This document shows, piece by piece, positions 56,440 through 64,000 of a stretch of 64,000 nucleotides of DNA (position 1 is the stretch's first letter; each line of letters begins with the position of its first letter). A program made the translations under genes and the position numbers. The notes beneath the pieces are model-generated. The model did no database searches. It saw only the letters and a program-made list of their open reading frames with translations, and was not told the origin of the DNA. The stretch spans positions 448,001-512,000 of the forward strand of contig CAWKBC010000030.1 in assembly GCA_963847705.1 (NCBI GenBank), in the 5' to 3' direction. Source of the stretch: an uncultured Pseudomonadota bacterium (lineage in GTDB: Bacteria; Myxococcota_A; Polyangia; Fen-1088).

Positions 56440-57434
56440 GGGTCACGATCCTCGACGATTACTTCGACACCCTCCGCACCCTGCGGTGCTTCGAAAAACT
56501 GGCGCCGTTCGAGGTCACCGTCTTCAACGACCATCTCGAGGAGGTCGACGCGCTGGCGGAGCGCCTGAAGGACACGGAGGCGCTCATCCTCATTCGCGAG
56601 CGCACCAGGATCAGTGCCCCCCTGCTCTCGCGCCTGCCGCGTCTGCGGCTGATCAGCCAACGGAGCGTCTATCCTCACATCGACATCGAGGCCTGCTCAA
56701 GGCTCGGGGTGATCGTCTCGTCCAGCCTGCACGAAGGGACTCCGTCGTACGCGGCCGCCGAGTTGACGTGGGGGCTCGTTCTTGCGGCCATGCGCCAGAT
56801 TCCTCAGCAAGCCGCCGCACTCCGCGGCGGCCGCTGGCAGATCGGCGTCGGGCACTCGCTGCGGGGCAAGACCCTCGGCGTTTACGGCTACGGTCGCATC
56901 GGAAGAGTCGTCGCCGGCTACGGCAGCGCCTTCGGAATGAACGTTCGGGTGTGGGCACGCGAAGCGTCGCGGACGCGCGCGAGGATGGAGGGCTATACGG
57001 TTTCGGAGAGCAAGGAGGCCTTCTTCGAGGAGTCGGACGTGCTTTCGCTCCACATGCGGCTCGTCGAGGCGACACGGGGCATCGTCAGCGCGGCCGATCT
57101 CGCGCGCATGCAGCCGAGCGCGCTTCTCGTCAACACCAGCCGAGCCGGCCTGATCGAGGCGGGTGCGTTGTTGCCCGCGCTGCAGGCCGGCCGCCCGGGC
57201 ATGGCCGCCCTGGATGTCTACGAGCAGGAGCCTCTGCGCGATCCCGCTCATCCACTGCTCGCGATGGAGAACGTCATCTGCACGCCGCACATCGGCTACG
57301 TCACGCAGGACGAATACGAGATCCAGTTCAGCGACATCTTCGACCAGATCGTCGCCTATGCCTCCGGCTCGCCCATCAACGTGGTCAACCCCGAGGCGCT
57401 GGTGGTCGGTGCATCGTCCCTTCGCTCGATTTGA
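56436..57434 (+). CDS. D-2-hydroxyacid dehydrogenase family protein
   Basis: [33 protein letters not shown] and TPHIGY. Confidence 0.95.
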   Translation: MRVTILDDYFDTLRTLRCFEKLAPFEVTVFNDHLEEVDALAERLKDTEALILIRERTRISAPLLSRLPRLRLISQRSVYPHIDIEACSRLGVIVSSSLHEGTPSYAAAELTWGLVLAAMRQIPQQAAALRGGRWQIGVGHSLRGKTLGVYGYGRIGRVVAGYGSAFGMNVRVWAREASRTRARMEGYTVSESKEAFFEESDVLSLHMRLVEATRGIVSAADLARMQPSALLVNTSRAGLIEAGALLPALQAGRPGMAALDVYEQEPLRDPAHPLLAMENVICTPHIGYVTQDEYEIQFSDIFDQIVAYASGSPINVVNPEALVVGASSLRSI

Positions 57435-57681
57435 ATCCGAGAGCTCATTCTCTTCAAACGCTGGTCGTTTGCCCGCGTCGGATCCGGCTTGACGCCGAGC
57501 GGTGGACCGGAATTGTGAAGGGGATGTCGCGGAGCCGTTGCCCCTGCCCGGCGCCGTCCGTGCGAGTGTCCATTCGGCCCGTGAGACATAGGAAGGGGAT
57601 GGGCGTGATGGGGGAGTCGAGGGTTGAGGGAGAGCGGTGCCCGGCCATCGGGCCAGTCGGGCACCGCTCGGACAAGGCACA

Positions 57682-57880
57682 ATGATCAAGAAGCTCGTTC
57701 TCCACTTTCCCGACGGCAGCGTGCGCACGTTCGATTCGGCGACCCATCAGATCAGGGTCACCGACACCAAGGTCATCGTGAAGAGCGAAAGCGGCGAAGA
57801 GGAAGAGTTTGCCGGCACGCCGGTCGCGGTTCCGCACCGCCTGGCGTTCGAGCGGCCAGCCGAACCCGCCGTCGCCGCGC
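57682..57880 (+). other. Possible small protein N-terminus (MIKKLVLHFPDG...); end uncertain
   Basis: The first ~50 codons look coding. The ORF then runs on with low-quality sequence and overlaps the next gene. Confidence 0.4.
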
Positions 57881-58099
57881 TGGTGGCGCGGATGCCGCAG
57901 CACCAGCGATCACCGCTCCGCCTCTACCTGTCCGCTGAGGCAGAGCTGATGCATTCGACCTCCGGCGGACGCCCGCCCGCGCTGGGCTTGTCCGAGCTGC
58001 TCGAGGCGCCGCACCGGGGTCGTTGGGCGGCTCGCCATGTGGGGGGCCGCGCCGGCCGGCGGCGGGCATTAGGTTTCGTGGGGGAAGGAAGGTGCGAAG

Positions 58100-58657
58100 A
58101 TGTGGACTCGCAAGATGAAGGGCGTGGCGATGGCCGCGACGGTGGTGTGGGCGACGCTCGGGCTGGTGCGGATGGGCTACGCGACGACGAACGACGCTCA
58201 GCTGGTCAGTGACGCTCGGCAGACGATCGGCCTCTACAAGAAGGCCGATCCGAGCATCGATGCCTTCTTCAGGCGCTCGGTCGGGTACGTCGTGTTCCCC
58301 GGAATCGGGAAAGGCGGCCTCGGCATCGGTGGCGCGCACGGCACGGGCGTGCTGTTCGAGAACGGCGCCCCGGTCGGGAAGGTCACGATGAATCAGGTCA
58401 CCATCGGGGCCCAGGCCGGCGGCCAGGAATTCTCGCAGATCATCTTCTACGAGGTCCCCGGTCCGCTGCACGAGCTGAAGGGGGGCCACGCCTCGTTCTC
58501 GGCCGGGGTCAGCGCGGTCGCCTTGAGCTCGGGAGCTGCCTCGAGCGCGCGGTTCAACAACGGTATCGCCGTGTTCACCGCCACCAAGGGCGGCCTCATG
58601 CTCGAGGCGAGCGTCGGCGGTCAGAAGTTCAGCTACGAACCGTTCCCGGCGCTCTGA
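58100..58657 (+). CDS. YSC84/SYLF lipid-binding domain protein
   Basis: GY.VFP...KGG.G.GG..G.G.L, G.QAGGQ and KGGLM.EASVGGQKF.Y. Confidence 0.92.
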   Translation: MWTRKMKGVAMAATVVWATLGLVRMGYATTNDAQLVSDARQTIGLYKKADPSIDAFFRRSVGYVVFPGIGKGGLGIGGAHGTGVLFENGAPVGKVTMNQVTIGAQAGGQEFSQIIFYEVPGPLHELKGGHASFSAGVSAVALSSGAASSARFNNGIAVFTATKGGLMLEASVGGQKFSYEPFPAL

Positions 58658-58677
58658 GCCGCGGGCACGCTTGCCAG

Positions 58678-60096
58678 CTAGAGGTCAGCGGTCGTGAAGG
58701 TGACCGTTGCCCCTGCTGGCAACGTCGCGACGAAGGCCCCCTGACCGGTCCAGTCGACGGAGAACCGCGCCGGCACGCCACCCGGGTTGAACACCACCAG
58801 CGTGTCTGTCTCATCCGGGTTGCGGAAGGCCTGCGCCACGACGCCATTGCCGTCCGAGCTGGCCACACGCGTCGCTCCCGGGACGACGAACTTCGAGAAC
58901 TGACCCAGCTCATAGTAGTTGAGGGTCAGCTGGACCTGCCCGGTCGTCGTATCGATCGTCGCCAGACCGCTGCAGCCGACGCACCCTTCGCCCATCTTGG
59001 GGCCCCCGTCCTGATCCAGCGCCAGGTTCCAGAGGACCACCCCGCTGGCCCAGTTCGCCGTGCTGGAGAGGATCTGCTGGGTGGCGTCGCCCGCGATGCC
59101 CGTCGGTCCCGTCGAGCACTCGGTCATGTAAACGGGCCGGCCCGGCTGATCCGTGTGAATCAACGTCATCTCGTCCAGCCCCTGGTAGCAATGCCAGGCG
59201 GTGCCATAGAGCTCGTCGCCCGCACCCCCGTAGAGGGCCGTCGCGAAGTCGCGCGAGGCGCCGATGTCGTCGCCGCCCAGGATCTTCACGTTCGACAGCC
59301 CGGCGGCGCTCAACGCTGGAGCCAGGTCGACCGCGATCAGCTGGGCCTCGTCCGCGGCGGGGAGCAGCATCCCTGAGTACGAGGATGGCGCGAACGACGG
59401 CTCGTTCTGCGGTGTGATGGCCCAGACCGGGACGCCCTTGGCCTGGTAGTCCTGCAGGAAACGCACGAAATACTGCGCCAGCGCGCTGTGGGCGTCGTCG
59501 CGCAGGGCGCCGTCTCCGCCGCCCAACATGCTCCCGTTGGTCTTCATCCAGGCGGGCGGGCTCCAGGGATTCGCGAACAGCTTCATCTGCGGGTTGATCG
59601 CCTGCGCCTGCAGGATCAGCGGGACGACGTTGGCATCATCATGCGCCGTGCTGAACCCGGACAGCGTCGGGTCCGGATCGCCCTCGGCGTCGCCGTCATC
59701 GTAAGAATAGGTGCAGCCGCAGGCGGTGAAGTCGGAAGAGGCCATCGGGACGCGCATGAAGGAGAGGCCGATGCCCGAAGGCCGCGAGAACAGCTCTGCC
59801 ATCAAGTCGTCGCGCTCGGCCTCCGCCAGAGCGCCCCAGATCAAGGAGGCCGAGCTGTCGGTGAACGCCGCGCCGAAGCCGTCGATGCTCTGGAGCGTGA
59901 CGGTGTCGTCGAAGGTGACGTCCGCTGGTCCGCCCCCGGCGGGCGTGACGTCGGCCTGGCGCGAGAGCGCGTGGCCCAGGTCCGGTGTGGTCAGCCAGAC
60001 GTGAACCGCGGGGCCCGGGCGAACGATCTCGCTTCCGCAGGAAGCCAGGACCACCGTGGCGAGGAAGGTGAAGAGTGCGTGAGACAGGCGGCGCAT
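58678..60096 (-). CDS. Glycoside hydrolase family 30 lipoprotein (glucosylceramidase/beta-1,6-glucanase-like)
   Basis: Q..DGFGAA.T, R.PM..SDF, PWSPPAWMK, TPQNEP (acid/base), YMTEC (nucleophile) and WNLALD. Confidence 0.93.
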   Translation of the reverse strand: MRRLSHALFTFLATVVLASCGSEIVRPGPAVHVWLTTPDLGHALSRQADVTPAGGGPADVTFDDTVTLQSIDGFGAAFTDSSASLIWGALAEAERDDLMAELFSRPSGIGLSFMRVPMASSDFTACGCTYSYDDGDAEGDPDPTLSGFSTAHDDANVVPLILQAQAINPQMKLFANPWSPPAWMKTNGSMLGGGDGALRDDAHSALAQYFVRFLQDYQAKGVPVWAITPQNEPSFAPSSYSGMLLPAADEAQLIAVDLAPALSAAGLSNVKILGGDDIGASRDFATALYGGAGDELYGTAWHCYQGLDEMTLIHTDQPGRPVYMTECSTGPTGIAGDATQQILSSTANWASGVVLWNLALDQDGGPKMGEGCVGCSGLATIDTTTGQVQLTLNYYELGQFSKFVVPGATRVASSDGNGVVAQAFRNPDETDTLVVFNPGGVPARFSVDWTGQGAFVATLPAGATVTFTTADL

Positions 60097-60244
60097 GGCG
60101 GTCGTCGACAGGGGACGATGCCGCGGCGAGCTTGACCTTGTCCAGCGGCCGCGCGGCCACGATCGAAGACGGCGGGTGAGCGCGGGGGCCGTCGCGGCGC
60201 CCGTGGCCCGCGTGAGGGCGGCTGGTGGGTCGGTCCCGTCGAGC

Positions 60245-61624
60245 TCAGGCCGGCTTCAGGTCTCCCAGCAGGGTCGGGATCAGCTCCGAGACCGTGGGGT
60301 GGATGGGGACAGCGCGCATGTAGGCGTCGATCGTGGCGCGCGCGTTCATCATGTCGATCACGCCATGGATCGCCTCGTCGCCGCCGACGCCCAGGATCGA
60401 CGCGCCGAGGATCTGACGTGTCGCCGCGTCGGCGATGACCTTCATGAACCCCTGGGTCTCGCCCTTCTCGACGGCGCGCCCGACGCGCGTCATGGGACGG
60501 CTGCCCACGAGCAGCGGCCGCCCACTCGCGCGCGCCGCGGTTTCGGTCATTCCCACCCGCCCGAGCGGCGGGTCGATATAGAGAGCATAGGCGGGGATGC
60601 GGTCGCTCACGCGCCGGCTGGCGCCGTCCAGCAGGTTGGCTGCCACGATCTCGAAGTCGTTGTACGAGGTGTGGGTGAAGGCTCCGCGCCCGTTGCAGTC
60701 GCCCAGCGCCCAGATGCCGGGCATGTTCGTGGCCAGCCCGTCGTCGACGGTGATGAACCCGCGCGCATTGGTGGCGACGCCTGCGCGCTCGAGGCCCAGA
60801 TCGTCCGTGTTGGGGCGCCGCCCCACGGCCAGCAACAGATGCGAGCCCACCACCGCGGGCTCCCCCTCCGTGCAGACGAGGCGGACGACCACGCCATCCC
60901 TGTGCGGCCCGAAGCCGACGCACCTGGCGTTGGTCCGCACCGCGATCCCTTCGCCCCGCAAGATCTCCTCGATGGCGGTCGAGACGTCCGCGTCCTCCCG
61001 GGCGATCAGGTGCGGTTGCATCTCGACCACGGTGACCGCGGCCCCCAGGCGCCGGAACACCTGCGCGAACTCGAGCCCGACGTACGAGCCGCCCACCACC
61101 ACCAGATGTTCGGGCACCCGCTCGAGCACCAGGATCGAGCTGTTGTCGAGATGCGGGACCTCGCCCACGCCCGGCATGTTCGGCACCGAGGCGCGTCCCC
61201 CCACATTGATGAAGACGCGCGGCGCCGACAGCAGGCCGTCCCCCACGCGCACCTGCGTGGGGGATTCGAAGGTGGCCTGCCCGCGCAGCACCGTGCAGCC
61301 CCGCATCCCGCGCAACCAGTCTTCGAGGCGGCCACGCTCGGCGGCCACGACGGCCTGGGCGCGCGCCTTGACGCGTGCCATGTCCACGGTGACGGCGCCG
61401 TCGATGACCACGCCGTAGTCCCGGGCGCGACGCGCCAGATGCGCGGCCTGGGCGCTGGCGACCAGCGTCTTCGTGGGCGTGCAGCCGGTGTTGACGCAGG
61501 TGCCCCCGAACTGCGCCCGCTCGACCAGCGCCACCTTCATGCCGGCGCCCGTGAGCCGGTCGGCCAGCGGCGGCCCGGCCTGCCCCGCCCCGATGACGAT
61601 CGCGTCGAAAACAGATCCGTTCAT
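60245..61624 (-). CDS. FAD-dependent pyridine nucleotide-disulfide oxidoreductase (MerA/LpdA-like, lacking the MerA C-terminal Cys pair)
   Basis: GAGQAG, GGTCVNTGCTPTK, GGSYVGLE and IHPT.SE. Confidence 0.92.
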   Translation of the reverse strand: MNGSVFDAIVIGAGQAGPPLADRLTGAGMKVALVERAQFGGTCVNTGCTPTKTLVASAQAAHLARRARDYGVVIDGAVTVDMARVKARAQAVVAAERGRLEDWLRGMRGCTVLRGQATFESPTQVRVGDGLLSAPRVFINVGGRASVPNMPGVGEVPHLDNSSILVLERVPEHLVVVGGSYVGLEFAQVFRRLGAAVTVVEMQPHLIAREDADVSTAIEEILRGEGIAVRTNARCVGFGPHRDGVVVRLVCTEGEPAVVGSHLLLAVGRRPNTDDLGLERAGVATNARGFITVDDGLATNMPGIWALGDCNGRGAFTHTSYNDFEIVAANLLDGASRRVSDRIPAYALYIDPPLGRVGMTETAARASGRPLLVGSRPMTRVGRAVEKGETQGFMKVIADAATRQILGASILGVGGDEAIHGVIDMMNARATIDAYMRAVPIHPTVSELIPTLLGDLKPA

Positions 61625-61777
61625 GTGATGCGCTCCGGTTCGCTCACCTGCGTCGCGATGAACGATGTCCACGCGCCGGAGGTCCGCAAGCGGCTCGCTG
61701 CCCACCGTGGATCCTGGAAGGGGTCCCCCGACCTTGACGCACTTCGATCACTGCCCAGATTCGGATCCTCGCGACGC

Positions 61778-62485
61778 ATGCCAACGGCAATCATCACCGG
61801 AGCATCCCAGGGGATCGGCGCTGGATTCGTCGAGCGGTTTCTCGGCGAGGGCTACGACGTCGTCGCGACCGCACTGCAGGCGACCCGAAAGCTCACCCCC
61901 TCGTCCCGCTTGTTGCTGGTCGACGGCGACATCGGCAAGCGCGAGACAGCCGCCGAGGTCGTTCGAACGGCGATCGACCGCTTCGGCGCCATCGACGTCC
62001 TGGTCAACAACGTCGGGATCTTCCTCTCCAAGCCCTTCACGGAATACACGGCGGACGACGTCGACGCTCTGGTGTCGGTCAACGTGCTTGGTTTCGTGTA
62101 CATCACCCAGCTCGCCGTGAAGCAGATGCTCGTCCAGAGCTCGGGCGTGGTCATCAGCATCTCCGCGTCGCTGGCCGATCACCCGATCGCGGGCGTCGAC
62201 GCAGCGGTCTCCATGATGACGAAGGGCGGAATCAACACCATCACCCGGAGCCTGGCCATCGAGTATGCGAAGGCAGGGCTTCGCTTCAACGCCGTCGCCC
62301 CCGGCGTCGTGAACACGCCCCTGCACGCGGACGAACCCAAGGATGACCTCAAGGCGCAGCAGCCCATGGGCAGCCTCGCCGAGGTGAAGGACGTCGTCGA
62401 CGCGGTTCTCTACCTGTCGCGCGCGCGTCAGGTCACCGGCCAGGTCCTCTACGTCGACGGCGGGGCGCACGTGGGGCGCTGGTAG
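61778..62485 (+). CDS. SDR family oxidoreductase
   Basis: ITGASQGIG, LVNN.G and NAVAPGVV.TP. Atypical SMMTK replaces YxxxK. Confidence 0.9.
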   Translation: MPTAIITGASQGIGAGFVERFLGEGYDVVATALQATRKLTPSSRLLLVDGDIGKRETAAEVVRTAIDRFGAIDVLVNNVGIFLSKPFTEYTADDVDALVSVNVLGFVYITQLAVKQMLVQSSGVVISISASLADHPIAGVDAAVSMMTKGGINTITRSLAIEYAKAGLRFNAVAPGVVNTPLHADEPKDDLKAQQPMGSLAEVKDVVDAVLYLSRARQVTGQVLYVDGGAHVGRW

Positions 62486-62512
62486 GCAAGTCCAGATGGC
62501 TGCCAGGCAATG

Positions 62513-62600
62513 GGGCTCGCCGATCGGCTTGCCCGACGCCAGCAGGAAGCGCGCCGGCTCGCCCTCGCTGGCCACGATCGTGACGAACGCGCCGTCCTCG
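62513..62600 (-). pseudogene. Pirin C-terminal fragment
   Basis: DGAFVTIVASEGEPARFLLASGKPIGEP resembles the pirin_C motif ARFLL.SG.P..EP. No intact gene. Confidence 0.5.
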
Positions 62601-62755
62601 CCGGAGCTCGCGCTCGCCTGGCAGAGCTACCCGACCTGATTCCCCCGGGCCCGTCGAAACCAGAACCGCCCACCAGCATCTGACATGTGGCGCCGCGGAG
62701 GCACCGCTCGGGGTGGCCACCACGGCCGCCCGCTGTGGTCTCCGGCCGCCGGAGC

Positions 62756-63031
62756 ATGAATCAAATGAGCACGTCCAGGGTGTTGGTCTATTCCACGACG
62801 TATTGCGGCTTCTGCCGCCGGGCGGAGGATCTCCTCCGGCGCGAGGGCATCGCTTTCGAGGCCATCGACGTCACGGATGATGTGCATGCCCGCGCCGAGT
62901 TGGTCGAGCGCGCTGGCGGCCGGCGGACCGTCCCCGTGATCTTCGTCGACGGGCAGGCCATCGGCGGGTACCAGGAGCTGGCGGCCATGGTCCGGGGCGG
63001 CGGGCTGAAGCACCTCTCGGCCGCGGCCTGA
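62756..63031 (+). CDS. grxC: Glutaredoxin 3
   Basis: YST.YCGFC.RA..LL and RTVP.IF.DG..IGG. Confidence 0.9.
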   Translation: MNQMSTSRVLVYSTTYCGFCRRAEDLLRREGIAFEAIDVTDDVHARAELVERAGGRRTVPVIFVDGQAIGGYQELAAMVRGGGLKHLSAAA

Positions 63032-63094
63032 CCTCGTTCGCGCAGTTGCGGGGGCAGGCCCGACCGTCGAGCGGGAACCGATCGGGCGTCTTGC

Positions 63095-64000
63095 TCAGCT
63101 CGCCGCGGGTGGCTCCTCGATGTAGAGCTTCCGTCGCTCGACATCGTGGTCGAACAGGTCCGCGTAGCGGCCCCAGGCGACCAGGGTCTGAAACACCCGA
63201 TCGGTGTTTTCGTAGGGGAGATGGAGCGCGATCGAGCCGAGGACGACGTCCTCGTCGAGCTCTTGCCGCTCCGCCTTCCTGATCTGCTCCAGCACGTCCC
63301 GGAACAGCCGGAGCTCGACGACCTGGCGCTGGAAGAGCTGCTTGCGCTCCGGCGCGCCGCCCGCCAGAAATTGACGGCCCACCGGGGTGAGGTCGACGTC
63401 CTGGCGAGGCGTGTCGACCAGGTCCAAGAGCTCGCCGGCCTTCACCACCGAGAGAACCTTCCCGAACTCCCAGCCCAGATCGTCGACCAGCGAGAACACG
63501 TTCTCCCGCCCGCCGCGGTCGTCGAGCATCTCCAGGAGGCCGGAGATCTCGCTCGGGCCCGCGTCGGGGAGAGGCTCCCAGATCGGGGTCCGCGGCGGCG
63601 CCTTGGCCCCTGCATGCGCCGGAGCGCTCGCCGGCGCATCCGGGATCTCGGCCTCGGTGATGACGCCGTGGATCTCATCGACGAGCCGCTGAAACGCCGG
63701 CGCGCGGTAGTCGCGCGGGTAGGGGAGCTTGTTCTCGAAGATCCGACGCACGCGTCCTGGTCGCGCCGCCATGACGACGATCCGGGTCGCCATGAAGACG
63801 ACCTCCTTGACGTCGTGGCTCACCATGAAGATCGTCTTCGGGTTGGAGGCGTGATCGCTCCAGAATCGGACCACCTCGCTGCGCAGGTTCTCCGCGGTCA
63901 GCGCGTCGACCTGGCTGAAGGGCTCGTCCATGCACAGGATCTCCGGCTCGACGGCCAGCGCCCGGGCGATCCCCACCCGCTGCTTCATTCCGCCGGAGAG
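63095..64000 (-). CDS. NitT/TauT-family ABC ATPase with C-terminal AAA-associated domain (5'-truncated by the window)
   Basis: LSGGMKQRVG.ARAL, MDEPFS..D, VSHD..E and L..WGRYA.LF. Confidence 0.93.
   Translation of the reverse strand, partial: LSGGMKQRVGIARALAVEPEILCMDEPFSQVDALTAENLRSEVVRFWSDHASNPKTIFMVSHDVKEVVFMATRIVVMAARPGRVRRIFENKLPYPRDYRAPAFQRLVDEIHGVITEAEIPDAPASAPAHAGAKAPPRTPIWEPLPDAGPSEISGLLEMLDDRGGRENVFSLVDDLGWEFGKVLSVVKAGELLDLVDTPRQDVDLTPVGRQFLAGGAPERKQLFQRQVVELRLFRDVLEQIRKAERQELDEDVVLGSIALHLPYENTDRVFQTLVAWGRYADLFDHDVERRKLYIEEPPAAS

Noticed and set aside
60245-61624. Mercuric reductase merA call
   Set aside because: No C-terminal Cys pair, no NmerA domain and no mer genes nearby.

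Overview
Very GC-rich, gene-dense bacterial DNA with myxobacterial (Polyangia-like) hallmarks: Gly/Thr-rich linker lipoproteins, Cys-rich lipoproteins, many beta-barrel outer-membrane proteins and orphan signalling genes. The taxonomic assignment is an inference. About 65 protein-coding genes are supported. I found no rRNA, tRNA, CRISPR array, transposase, integrase or phage module. The best candidate for a novel system is an arsenic module at about 3.8-7.8 kb: a Cys-pair MarR, an aquaporin and a thioredoxin-type ArsC, flanked by a persulfide dioxygenase-rhodanese fusion and an ArsN1/PAT-like acetyltransferase. Other points of interest are a HAD / RNase II / LOG cluster, two convergent lipoproteins that share one N-terminal linker module, a sigma54 promoter with paired upstream palindromes driving a lamin-tail surface protein, and a small ORF with a double-glycine-like leader. 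Three independent +1 frameshifts all fall in GATC sites, which suggests a DNA-modification basecalling artefact. Several gene remnants are present. Product calls come from motif recognition only; no database searches were run.
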